This document shows positions 41,646 through 53,621 of a DNA stretch of 64,000 nt, piece after piece. The position numbers and the translations under genes were made by a program. Positions within the stretch are counted from its first letter, which is position 1, and the number at the start of each line of letters is the position of its first letter. Origin of the DNA: Lophium mytilinum. Its lineage: Eukaryota. The notes beneath the pieces are model-generated. The model saw nothing but the letters and a program-made list of their open reading frames with translations, was not told where the DNA came from and did no database searches. Location of the stretch: positions 186,001-250,000 of the forward strand of contig MU004201.1 of NCBI GenBank assembly GCA_010093605.1, read 5' to 3'.

Positions 41646-41866
41646 TATTACGGTGCAATACAGGATTATAATAGAAAACCAGATAGTATTAAGTATACAA
41701 CGAAGTAGCTATAAGAAAAGAGAGTAGGGCGCAGAGCGCCGGCCGAGAGGTAGGCGAGGCTGGCGCTAAGCGAGGTCAGGTGACGGTGGCACGTGATAGA
41801 GGCCACGTGACGCTGTTGCCTGTAACAGGAACATATCGCAATAAGGGTCGCGTTACGGCTATAACA
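41646..41866 (-). repeat. 3' LTR of G (221 bp)
   Basis: Direct repeat of 49719-49939. Confidence 0.95.
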
Positions 41867-42099
41867 CTACCCCCCTCTAAAAGAAAGCTATATACGTGCA
41901 GCCTTCCTATTCTAGTATGCATACTTGCTATTATTATAGGGCAATCCTTCTTTAATTATCTTGCAATTGTGCAGAGGGCCTATTATTCTTCCGGGTTATA
42001 GTGGGTGCTCACTAAGCCTTAGATATAAGGTTAGTAATATAGTTTAATCTTACATGCGTTACTAAGCTTTATTGCGCAGTCCACGCGGTACAGCGTTGT

Positions 42100-45000
42100 T
42101 TAACGTAGTCGATAATGGCTCAGCCAACCGGTGCTGGTTGGGTTAGCAAGGCAGGGGACGAGCGTTATCCGTAGAGCGTTATCATAATTAGGGCTAGTAG
42201 TAGCTCCTAATGTTTAGGCTTCTAGAAGGACTTATAAGGTCCTTTTACTTTTAGGTAGGCATAGTAATAGTCTATAATAATATTACGGCAGTTAGTAACA
42301 CTAGTGTAGGACTTCTATTAAGAATTAGCGTTCTATTTAGGGTAACCGGTGTAGAGAATCTTATACTAAAGGAGGCCTTTTTATTTAGTAGCTGGGTTGA
42401 GCATGGCGTTGTTAATACGTAAGTTAACGATCTTGTCGACGTCCCATTGCTTGTAGCCTTCTTTGTCGATTTTAACGGGTCCTAGTTCCTCTTAGACTTG
42501 TCCTTCCAACGGCTTGTAAGTAATACGGTGGAGTAGCTATAGGTGGAAGGCATTAAACACCCCCTTTATAGTATGTGGAAGGGCTAATTTATAAGCGGCG
42601 TTATTAATAACCCTTATAACTTTAAATGGGCTAAGCTATTTATAGTCTAGTAATTTATTTAGGCGCCTAGTTTTAATATTGCGCGCGTCTAATATAACTT
42701 GGTTACCAACTTTAAACTCTATAGCTAGTTTCCGCTTGCGGTTAGTAAACTCTTCCTATCTAGCTTGTACCCAAATTAATTTATTATAGAGGAAGAGGCG
42801 GAGGTTATTTAATCGCTCGGCGAGCGCGTTAGCCTTCTCTCTAAGGGGCTTCTGTGGTCCTTTAACTACGGAGTCGTCGGCTGGTTTAAGATCGGAGCGC
42901 GGATTGTACCCTTTTATTGCGACAAAAGGAGAGACGCCGGTAGTTATTTTGTCTAAATTTGCTTCTAATTCAGCGATAGGCAGGAGGTTGGCCTAGTTAT
43001 CTTGCTTGTAATTAATATACGCGCGTAGGTACTATTTAAGTGCCATGTTAGCGATTTCCATTTATCCGTCTATTTTAGGATGAAAAGCAGTAGAGAGCTT
43101 TGGCTTTGTTCTAACTTAAGCGCATAGCTATTTCTAGAAGTGGGAGACGAATTAAGGGCCTCGATTAGAGATAATTAAGTACGGGTATCCTTCTTCTCGC
43201 TATATCTATTTAATAAATGCTTAGGCGACGTCCTTAGCCTCCATAGAGTCCATGGCGATGAACTTCCTCTTTTTTAAGAATTAGTTAACTATAACTATAA
43301 TGTGTTGGAGCTTATAACCCTATTATTTGTAGATTAGCAGGGGAGTAATAAAGTTGACGGAAATATAGTGCTAATATCGGTCTAGAATAGGTAGAGGACG
43401 GAGGAGTTCTTATTTGCCCTTACGGGAGTGCTTTAATCTCTTGTACGCGAGACAGGCGCCAATATACTAGTCCATGGAGGACGTTATTTAGGGCTAGTAA
43501 TAGTGCTTATAGAGTCGCGCGTAGGTTAATATTATTCTAGCGTGTCTAGCGGGCTTAGGTTTATGCATAGATTAGATAATATAAGTGCGCAGTTGTTTAA
43601 TATCTGGAACGTAGAGCCGCTTACGGACGTAGAGGAGGTTATTAATAACTTTGCAGTTACTAAGTTCTATTTATAGGTGGTAATCTCGGCAGAATTAGGC
43701 AGGAAGCCGTCGCTAGTTGCGGTATTTAGCGTATTTAACAGCTTGTATAACAGGGTTGCCTTTAGAGTGCTTTTAGACCCTTTAAAGAATCTAGTCGCCC
43801 GTAAGAACTACTTTCTTAGATAAATTATTTAGCTTATTATCTATAGGCAGTTTCTTAGTAGTAGAATTATATAGCTTATCTACTAGGGTTATCTTATTCT
43901 TCTTAGGGCGTCCTCGTGGGCGAGCTGGACTAGAGTCCTTTGTCTCATCTAGCTTGGCCGTTAGTTGAGGCGTTTTTTGAGGGCGTCCTCTTGGGCGAGC
44001 CGGGATAGAGTTATTTAGCTCGTCTGGCTCAGCTATTAGTTAAGGGACTATAGTTATCTTCTTTAGGCGGCCTCTTATGCGCACGCGTGGTCTAGAATTA
44101 TTTAGCTTATCTAGAACGGTGGGCGGAGGGCGCATGCGCGTAACTACTAACTAAACGCCTTCGTTGTCTAGGTAATTAAATTCACTAAAGTTGTACATTA
44201 TCTATGCCAGTTTAACGGGAGTGCACTCGAGCGTATTGGTTAGAATGTACGCGAGCTTAACAGCGTAGTGCATTCCTAGTTTGTAGTTAGCTAGCTTTAG
44301 CATAACCTACTCTTAGCATTTATACCAATTGTCGCCTGGGGCTAGTTTATTACCTAGTTGTCGAGTTAGCAGGTTAGGCTTTTTATTCTACTTGCCTGGT
44401 TTGTAGGTAGTTTTAAAGTTAAACTCGGCTAGAAACTCTATCTAGCGAGCTTGTTAATAGTTGAGGCGTTTAGAAGTTATAAATGTTTATAGGTTCTTGT
44501 AATCTAATATAACGTTAACTGGACTATTACATTCCTATTCTTATCTAGCGAGTTCTAGCCTCTATTCTTTAAAGGCTAGGACTATAGCGAGGAGCTCCTT
44601 ATTATAGATAGCGTAATTAATCTATTATAGTATTATCCGTCGTGATATAAAGGCAACTGGGCGAAGTATTCCATTAGGCTAGACTTGTAATAGTACGGCG
44701 GCTGTAGTGTAATCTAAAGAATTGCACTTAACCTAAGTGTTATAGTTAGGGTTCTATAGTGCGAGCCATGGCGCTACGCGGAAATATTTCTTAACGTTGC
44801 GAAAAGCTTTAGCTTCGTTACTGTCGTCTGGCTATGGAAATTTAAAGCCTTTTCGTACAGCGGAGGTTAACGTCGTTAGTAGAGCTGTAAACGCGGAGTA
44901 GTCGGCTATAAAGTATTAATAGAAATTGTAGAAACTAAGAAATGCTTGTACATCCTTAAGGTTTTATAGCGTTGGCCAGTCCAGTACTATTTAGACCTTG

Positions 45001-46757
45001 GCTGGATCCATTTAAACTCCGTTAACGCTAATAAGTACACCGAGATATTTGACTTTATTAACGGCAAATTCGCATTTATGGATGTTGAGGAACAGGCCTG
45101 CGTTACGGAGTTTAGTGACAACCGTGAGGACGTGCGCTTTATGTTCTTCTAGTATATTACTGTATATTAAGACATCGTCCATATATACTATGCAGAAATT
45201 ATTAAGATATTCTTATAAGGTGTTATTAATATATGCCTGGAAGGAACTGGGTGCATTATATAAACCGAACGGGAGGACCATGAATTTAAATAGCCCCTAA
45301 CAAGTAAGAAAAGCGGTCTTATGTTTATTACCTTCTTTAATACAGAGGGCGTTAAACGCGCTAATTACGTCTAGTTTTATATAGTATTTAGCTTTAGCTA
45401 GCAGTGCAAGAGTGTCCTTTACTAGCGGTAGTACGTTGCGGCTTTTAATGCTAATCTTATTAAGGCCACGGTAATTAATATAGACACGGAGTCCTCTACC
45501 TAGTTTCTTAATAACTAGGGTTAGTGCAGCGTATAAGGAGGAACTTAGTTAGATAAAACCTTTTGCGCGCATCTTGTTAACGAAGGCTTTAATAATAGCT
45601 GCTTAATCTCTTAAGAGGCCGTATACTTTGCGGGCTAGCGGCTTAGAGTCTAGGAGGACGTTAATTACATAGTCCATTAGTTAATATGGTGGAAGCTTGT
45701 TAGCTTTACAAGGGTCCCATGCGTCTACTATATAATAAAGCTAGTTAGGGAGTAACGCTTTAATCTCTATGTTGGTGATGGGAGGCCGGTTTATTTTCTT
45801 AAAGAACTTCTAATAGTCGGAGGGGTTAATGGCGAAGATATCGGCCGTAAAAGCTGCAGTTTGCGCATTGTAAAGGACGTTATTAAGCTCTGCAAGGCCG
45901 TATAAAGCTAGGTTATTCTCCGGCATAGAGATCTGGGGGTAAGTTATAGGCTAAGGCCTTTTGCGCTTATAATCGTCTATCTACTGCAGCTTTTCCCAGT
46001 CGTTGTCTTAAAGCCGAATAATGTGGTCCTCTTTATTATCGCGCTGGAGCTTTTAGTATACTGCTATTATGTCCTTTACCTTATCTAGTTCTAGGCCGAG
46101 TTTCTAATACTTGCTAAAAATTTATTAAAGTGCGGTGTCGTATATACGCTTGCCTACCCGGGCAATATTATAGTCTTTGCCGTTACTCTATACTTGTCTG
46201 CATCCGTTGGTATAAAGGTAGTAATCGTAATAGAAGTCTTTATTAAAGTTAAGGGCGTGCTCGCCCTATATAATATTAGGCTTATGTTTCTTAAACTATA
46301 GTGTGCCTAATATAACGTTGTATTTCTTTAGATCCGTAACGTAACACTATATATTCTCCGTGTAGGCTCCTAAGGATAGCGTAAGTTAGGCCTTGTAAGT
46401 TACAAGCTTTATAGGTATGCCATTAGCTAAGCGTAAGGGAATGGGAGTAGCTAGTGGCAGTGTTATTAGCTTGTTGGCTTTAGCATACGACCGTAAGATA
46501 AAGGCGAAGCAGGAATAGCCCGTGTTAGTAAGGCAGCGACTATTAGTTGTGCCGGTAGGTGTATAAATTCTATATTTAAAATTTAACTACTTGCTATAAG
46601 TAATATTTTAGGTTAAGTTAGTAGAACAGGCTAATAGTTGGATTTCGCCGGGGTTAGAAGGCGGACGTTCTAACTCCTAGATATAAGCCGTAATAGCACT
46701 TAGAAAGAATTCTATATAGCTCTATCTATAACTATAGTTAGAGCCTATGTAAAACCC
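42100..46757 (-). pseudogene. pol: pol of G (PR-RT-RH-AT-hook linker-IN-chromodomain), RIP-degraded
   Basis: VLPFGLYNAPSSFQAY, YMDDVLIY (~45160-45185), ISNRGP, chromodomain KQWDVDKIV (~42425-42455). Confidence 0.9.
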
Positions 46758-49260
46758 TCCTAGTTGCTGTTACTATTAGTATTGCTGAGCACACTAGAAG
46801 AGGATACTTTATTAGCGTGGGTAATGATGGCGAGGTCCTCTCCATCACTGTCGACGGAAATTAAGTCGTTATTGTCTTCGTCCGCGTAATAGATTGCGGA
46901 AAGCTTAAGTTTAAGGCCGTTATCGGCTTTAGATAGACGTTTAGTTAGCTTGCGCTTTAATAGAGGGGGTTTATTAGCGCATAGGCGCTTAGGGTTATTA
47001 GCTTAATAGCCCTTCTTAATGCAGTGGAAATAATAGCCCTTAGTGCGCAGTACTGCTGTAACTGCTAGAGGAAGGTAAATAGGGCGGTTGCCTTAGTCCT
47101 TCTTGTCGTCGCGAGTAGATAACTATTGTCCGTAGCTCTGCTTAGGGCGGCGGTCTCGGTTCTAGTAGTTGTTTAGTTAGTAATTGCCCGAGCGGTTATT
47201 ACTATAGCCGTTGCAGAATCTAGATAATTAAGGGGGCTAGGTAGTTGTATTACGCTAAGCGTTGTTCTAAAGGAAAGCTTTAGCGCGGAATACTATAGCG
47301 ACGAGCGTAGGCTAATCTTGGTAGCTATTAGCGCTGCTAAATACTTAGCGGCTAAGATCTAGGCGTAGCAGACGCTTAAGCCATCCTTTCTTGGAGGCGA
47401 AAGGAATCTAGTTCTTATTATCAATGTTAGTTATTTCTTTAAAACGTAGCATATATATATTCCATAACTCGCGGCCCTTTATCTTTACCTTATTACTATA
47501 GAGGATATTATCTATATAGGTAGGCTTATTAAAGATAGTAAAATATAGGTCCATATAGGCAAACATCTTGTTAAGAGTCTTAAAGTTTTTATTTAGTAAG
47601 GGCTTCTTAAATTAGGTGTAGCTACGGATAGTAGCTTCCGCGTAATTAATACAGTATAACTTAACGTATTCCATCTTGCTCTGCTTGTCTAGGTAGGCTA
47701 GGCCCTTATATTGAAAGATAGCGTAGGCGTGGCTCTTCTAAGATGGGTATTAGTGTTTATCGCTCTTGCCAGCAAATTCCTAGAGATTATAGAATTTAGG
47801 CTTATAGTCTCTATAGAGCTGCAGGCGTGCAAGCTAAGTTATAGCGTTATTGTCTATAATAGCGAAGTTATTATAATTAGCGTTGTCGTCGTCGTCTCCT
47901 AAGTTGTAGTTAAGGTCGCCTGCGGCGGCGGCGGCAGCGCGACGTAATTGGGCGGGCGCTAAGGCTGCTATCCGGTTTACTTTTAGATTAGTGTACTGCC
48001 GCTTGTAGGTAAGGCTAAGCTCTTTAAAGTAATCGCGCTGGGTTTATAGGCGGTCTAAGTCCTATTACGCTATGGCGACGTCTTGTTGGAGGGCTTTATT
48101 TACTAAGCGTGCTTTAGTAAGAAGGAGAGTCTTAGCTTTATAAGCCTTATGTTTAGTTATAAACTATTAAGTGTGCTTAGTGTACGCTTTCTCATTTTCT
48201 AATTAAAGGCGCGTAATGTCTTTATTTAGTTAAGCAACCTTAGCTTGCAAGTGTAAGATCTTAGGGTTATAAGCGTTAGCTTGGTCCTAGAGAGCGTTTA
48301 ATTCCGCATTCTTAGCTTGCATGTCTTTTTAAAGTCCTTCTAGATTCTCTTAGAATGTAGCAACTCTATAGTATATATCCTTATAATACTTAGGAACTGC
48401 ATTATAGAAGGCTTTAGCGGAGTCGAGGTTAATATTAATAGCGTTGGCAACTCTATTGCGGTTGACGTAGAATGTAATACCTTCGGCTGTTGTAGTAAAG
48501 TATAATTTTCGGCGGTTACAGCGTCCTATATCTAGTGTAGGTAACTCTAGGTTAGCCGGTGGCATAGTTGTGGTTGGGGGGCTCTACGCGGAGGGAGGTA
48601 GATTATCGGTGCGCTTAGGGTGTTAAGGAGTAGGAGTAAATAGCAGAACTAGACTAGCAGGAATAGTCTTATTTTGCTGTGCGCTAAGGAGGTCGCCGTA
48701 ATTAAAGTGTACTGCTTTAGTACGGAGGTCCGTAGCGGATTAGAATTAAGTATTATCTTCCTTATTAAGTTCGTTGAGCTCCTAGTCTAGTTACTTGTTG
48801 TCTTCCTTATTGGAGGTGACACGGAACTCCTTATCCTCTAGGTCGAGAGAGCGCTTACTGCGCTGGAGGATGGTAGTTAGCTGGAGGCGGTTATAGGCAG
48901 CGGCTGCGCCTAGTCTAATAGTACCAGCTTTTAGTGTATAGAGTTTATTGCAAGCGGCTAGCTACTCTAGGGTGGAACTAACACTATATTAAGATAATTT
49001 ACCTGCCTTTTTACGCAAGGCTTTAGCGTGTCGGGTCTCTTGTTATACTTACTAAGAGTTAGAGGCTAGTGTTAACTGGGTGGCTTAGCTATTAAGGGTA
49101 GGGTATAGGTTAGTGTTGCCACTCTTATCGGCGTATACGCCGCTAGAGGAAGCTCCTAAGTGCGCTGCAGCGTATTTACTGTAACTTGGTGTCGCAGGCG
49201 GGTGGTTCTAAGATCTTAGATAAGAAGGTACTAGTACTAGGGGGTTGCGCTGGTTAACCA
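46745..49260 (-). pseudogene. gag: gag of G, RIP-degraded
   Basis: RIP-altered knuckle GYYFHCIKKGY at ~47005-47040. ORF 48350-48565 is a fragment. Collinear with gag of B. Confidence 0.68.
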
Positions 49261-49718
49261 TTACTGGTTTAGCGCAGGTAAGGTAATAGTAGATAGTGTC
49301 CTAGTAGTTAGACGAAGGAAAAGATTAGTATAGGAAGAAAGGTTGTAGGGCCTTTATAAAAGCTAGTAAGTAGACGTAGCTAGTGCGCTCCTTGGCGGCC
49401 GTTCTTGGCGGCTAAGTTAATTAGTAAATAATAATAACTGCGCTGGGTTTAGTTAGTTTGCGCGTGCGCGGGTAGGAGCGCAATAGCAAGCAGGTTTATA
49501 GGGCCTGCGCGTTGGTCTATATAGGTAATAGGTTGTAGCGTCCTTACTATAAGGTTGTAGGGCCTCCTTCCGTTCTAGTTCCTTATTAATAAAGGTTACG
49601 GGAATTAAATTTTAGTGGCTATAGATAGTAGATGGCGCCGGTGTATATATATATATATATAGGTAGGTAAAAAGAGTGCTTCCAATATCTTCTAGAAGCT
49701 AGAAGGGTAGCTACTTTA

Positions 49719-49939
49719 TATTACGGTGCAATATAGAATCGTAATAGAAAACTAGATAGTATTAAGTATATAATAAAGTAGCTACAAGGAGAGAGAGTAG
49801 GGCGCGGAGCGCCGGCCGAGAGGTAGGCGAGGCTGGCGCTAAGCAAGGTTAGGTAACGGTGGCACGTAATAGAGGCTACGTAACGCCGTTGCCTATAACA
49901 GGAACGTATCGCGATAAGGGTCGCGTTACGGCCATGATA
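49719..49939 (-). repeat. 5' LTR of G
   Basis: Followed by TSD agtac and the remainder of the F TIR. Confidence 0.95.
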
Positions 49940-50785
49940 AGTACCCCCCCTAATTAGTGCAAGTACACCCCCTTTTTAGCGCGCATATACCCCCCATCTT
50001 GTCCAGTCTTCTAATTGGCCCGGAGGGCTTAGAATACTACTCCGGCGCTTTATAGTAAGGCTATATAGCCTTCCCATTTTATTATGCATTCTTACTATTT
50101 CTAACAGCCTATACTTAGCTGCGCGTAAGGCTATAGATAAGGCTGTAGATAAGGCTATATATATAAGCTATATATAAGGCTATATATAAGGCTACTTATA
50201 GTAAGGCTATATAGTATACCCGTTTTACTATATATACTTCCCGTTTCCTATAGTATATATAGGCTATTATATTACTACCTATATGCCTATATATCTATAA
50301 GTATGCTAAAATAGTTAAATTCTTACCTTATTACGGCCTCTCTATATTAAACCTGGCCCCCCTATATTACGGCCGCGCCTCCCTAGCTATCCTAATCTAT
50401 TAACCTCTCTATTTAGCTGCAGTTTTATCTAGTTTACTATAGTACTTTACTAAGCCGTAGCCCTACGCAGAGGCGTGCGCTTGTATAGCAGCATGCGCTT
50501 CCTCTACTATAGCGTAGTAGCTAAGCTGTAGCGGCAGGAAAGCTATAGTAAGAGGTGGAGGGGGTGTATTATAGAGGATAAGGATTAGGATATAATAGAT
50601 TATAGGCACGCTATACTTAGCAAGAGTACTTAAAAATTGTGGGCGAGTTAAGCGAGCAAATCGGAGGCCTTAGAGGACCCCTCCGGGCCAATTAGAAGAC
50701 TAGACAAGATAGGGGGTATACACGCACTAAAAAGGGGGTGTACTTGCACTAATTAGGGGGGGTACTAGTACTAGCCCCTAATATA

Positions 50786-51170
50786 TTTCCTAAATTATAT
50801 ATAAATAATTAATGCATATAAAAAAAAGTTTCCCTTTCTAACAGTTTAAATAGATATATATCTAGACTATATTAAAGGTTCTTTTTATATATGCTCTCTA
50901 AGGTCCTAAAAATAGAGATAGGTTACTGCATATAATATTATAATAAATAACCTGCGTATAATATAGTATAACTATTATCCTCTCCCTTAAAAGAGGTGTT
51001 ATTACTCTATTATACGCATTGAAAAGTTTTCAATAAATATTATTATAAAACTTAATCTTTTTCTATATTAATTTAATAATATTAAAAATATAAGGGGTTA
51101 TTTCTCTTATTCCGTTTAAAAAATAAATATATAATTGTATAAAATAATTGATGTAGAGACATTATACAGC
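50786..51170 (-). other. Mitochondrion-like AT-rich segment with degenerate group I intron core motifs (probable NUMT, right part)
   Basis: Minus strand carries, in order, TGCAGTAACC (Q-like), CCTTAGAGAGCATAT (R-like) and AATATAGTCTAG (S-like) at ~50860-50930. Confidence 0.45.
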
Positions 51171-51174
51171 TGTA

Positions 51175-51690
51175 GATTTTATATTATATCTCCCGCTGTA
51201 GCCCTTAGAAAGCCCCTTAACGCCTTACTTATATTATTACCGTTTTTTTTATAGTGTTAAAGGGTAATCTAATTAGCTGGATTCTATAGCGAGATATTAA
51301 CTAGCGTTATCTAGTAGGTAATATAGGCGGCTAAACCAAGCCGATTAACTTAAGCTATAAGTTGCAAGTTATCCCTATTAGTAGGCGGGACTTTAAGCAA
51401 GATTATTATTATAAAATATTTACTCTCTCTACTAGGCGGGAATAGGTTTAGGCCCTCTTTAACCTTATTATACAAGGCTACTACTATCCGCATATCCTAA
51501 TTATAAAAGTATACCGTTTTAGCGCTTTCTATAGTGGCCGCGTTATCCCCGCCTTAAATTTGCACGGCTCGCCACCTAGTCTTCTTAAAATTATAATAGA
51601 AGTCTCTTATCTATAGTAAGTTATTAGTAGTTACTATATTAATTTTATTTAAAGAACTTATAAGTTTTATAATAACCGCTATTACTAAGA
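51175..51690 (-). pseudogene. RIP-degraded coding fragment of unknown family (possibly the 3' part of the gene at 58072-60410)
   Basis: About 160 codons (…IRDFYYNFKKTRWRAVQI*GGDNAATIESAK…) interrupted only by TAA/TAG. Confidence 0.4.
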
Positions 51691-51719
51691 CTACTATATA
51701 TATTATAAAAAAAATACAA

Positions 51720-53620
51720 TGTAATTAAGCTTGCAGCATCTTAGAAACACGACCTAAGGAGGGCCTCTAGGCCCTACTTAAGGCCCTTTAGACGATTGTA
51801 CGCAGTCTTAGAGCCCTACGAGCAGTGCTGGCGGCGTTGCAGTAGGTTAACGTATTGCGACCCCTAACGCGCCGCTCCTCTAGAACTAATAAGAATACTA
51901 ACACTATTAATAACAACCCTAATACTACCCGAAGCCCCCTTAGAATACCTACTAAGGTATCTAAGACACCCTCTATAAAGCTTAGTATATATAGGCCCGC
52001 CTATAGAATAAGCCACCTACTCTAATAGAAATAGACTAATTCTGCTAGTTTATCTAGGGGTTTATTAGACGCGTCGTTAATAACCTATTAAGCGCGTTAG
52101 CTGAGCTACACCAGGAACTATAGGCATAATTAATAAGGAAGATAGAGGACGTAAAGAAAGAGATAATAAAAGAGGTACGCGCATTATTATTGTAAGGAAG
52201 AACGTACGCCGCGGTAGCAGCGGCTGTTAGAACAGGACTAGGGGCTACAGGCTAAAGTAAGACTAAGTAGGCCTATAGCAAGACTGCAGGAAATAGGTTA
52301 TATATAACGCAGCCTTTAGAGGTCTATAAGATTACTATCTATATTAAGGATAATAATAAGTAAGCTACTACTAGAGATAATACTAACGCGACTATTATAT
52401 AAAAGCTCTAGGCCGCAGGACCCCTAGACACGTCTAGAATATACAGCGTTAGAAAGCTCTAGAGTGGAGACGTAAAGGCGTACGTAGCTAATAAGGCTAT
52501 AAAAGCGTCTTTGCTAAAGAGAAAGAAATAGGTAATAGTGCTAGGTAAGTTAGTACGCATATAATAGCCTGCAGTGCTTATAGAGGTGCACGGAGTACCT
52601 AAGGACGCGGATATAAGTAGCCTAGAATTTAGATACGCTATTATTAAGGGCAGCGCGCTAACCAACCCCGGCCTTACAATTAAAAAAATTACGTAGAAGA
52701 ATAATAAGGGTATTAAAGTAGCTAGAAACAACCTATACTACTATACTAGCTCTACTATTATTAGCGTCCGCACGGAGCTAATAGTAGATATAGCTATTAA
52801 ATAAGGACTCGCTATAGATAGACGCCTGCTTACGGCCTCCCGGTATAAGGTAGGATTTATAGCCACGCAGTGCTTTAAGTGCCAAGGATATAGATATATA
52901 GCTAGGCACTATAAGACGGATATATAGTGCGCGCTATATATAGGAGAATACAACACCTAATAGTGCAAGGTAATAGGACTAAAGAAGTGCGTAAACTGTA
53001 AGAGAAACTACCCGGCGTATAGTGCAGAATGTAGTATATAAAAAGGGGCCTAGCTATATGCCTTAATAAAGAAATAGACTATACTAACTTACTGTAACAC
53101 TAGAGGAATAAGCTAGAACGGATACTAGGCTTAACTAGGAGAATACACAACCCAGTCATTGCAAAGTAAGAAGAGAAAGGTAAAAGATAATACACCACGC
53201 GGCGGCAGCATAGGACCTAGCCCTATACCGGAGGTGCTTAAAAGGGCGGTAGAAAGACCCCTATTAAATACCCGGGTTAATATAGACCTAAAATAGCCCC
53301 CTATTAATAGTATACTACATACTACCTATAATCCCTTATAGCTTTTCTATTTAATATAGCCTTCTATATAGACCTTAATTTAGTCCTTCTATTTTATAAA
53401 TTAGTCTACCTATTCTATAGCTTAGTCCTTACCGCCCTTACTATCTATGTAGGCCACTTAAAATATAGTATATAGAGACGTTAGTAGACTATTATAGTTT
53501 ACGCAGCAGGGCCTTATACAGGTGCCCTCCTCCCAGGAGGACGACGTTAACCGCCAGCGGCGTAAGGAAGTAGAATAGACCGGTATAGATATAGACGCAG
53601 ATTCTATAGACCTTAATTAA
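51720..53620 (+). pseudogene. LINE ORF1 (gag-like, three CCHC knuckles)
   Basis: QCFKCQGYRYIARHY (52868), CALYIGEYNT**C and KCVNCKRNYPAYSAEC (52984) are RIP-altered CCHC motifs. Limits approximate. Confidence 0.8.
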
Positions 53621-53621
53621 T

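Larger units (their letters stand above)
41646..49939 (-). mobile_element. Full-length Ty3/Gypsy chromovirus G (8294 bp; sister family of B) inserted in the left TIR of F
   Basis: 221-bp LTRs at 41646-41866 and 49719-49939. Perfect TSD AGTAC (41641-41645, 49940-49944). PPT complement at 41867. LTR and leader resemble B. Confidence 0.95.
41624..50783. mobile_element. Non-autonomous TIR DNA element F (~860 bp without G; ~105-bp TIRs; probable TA TSD)
   Basis: 41624-41645 plus 49945-~50027 is the reverse complement of ~50680-50783. TA flanks both ends. No transposase frame seen. Confidence 0.85.

Noticed and set aside
49643..49661. (TA)n microsatellite in the leader of G
   Set aside because: It is a simple repeat expected from RIP plus slippage, with no sign of function.
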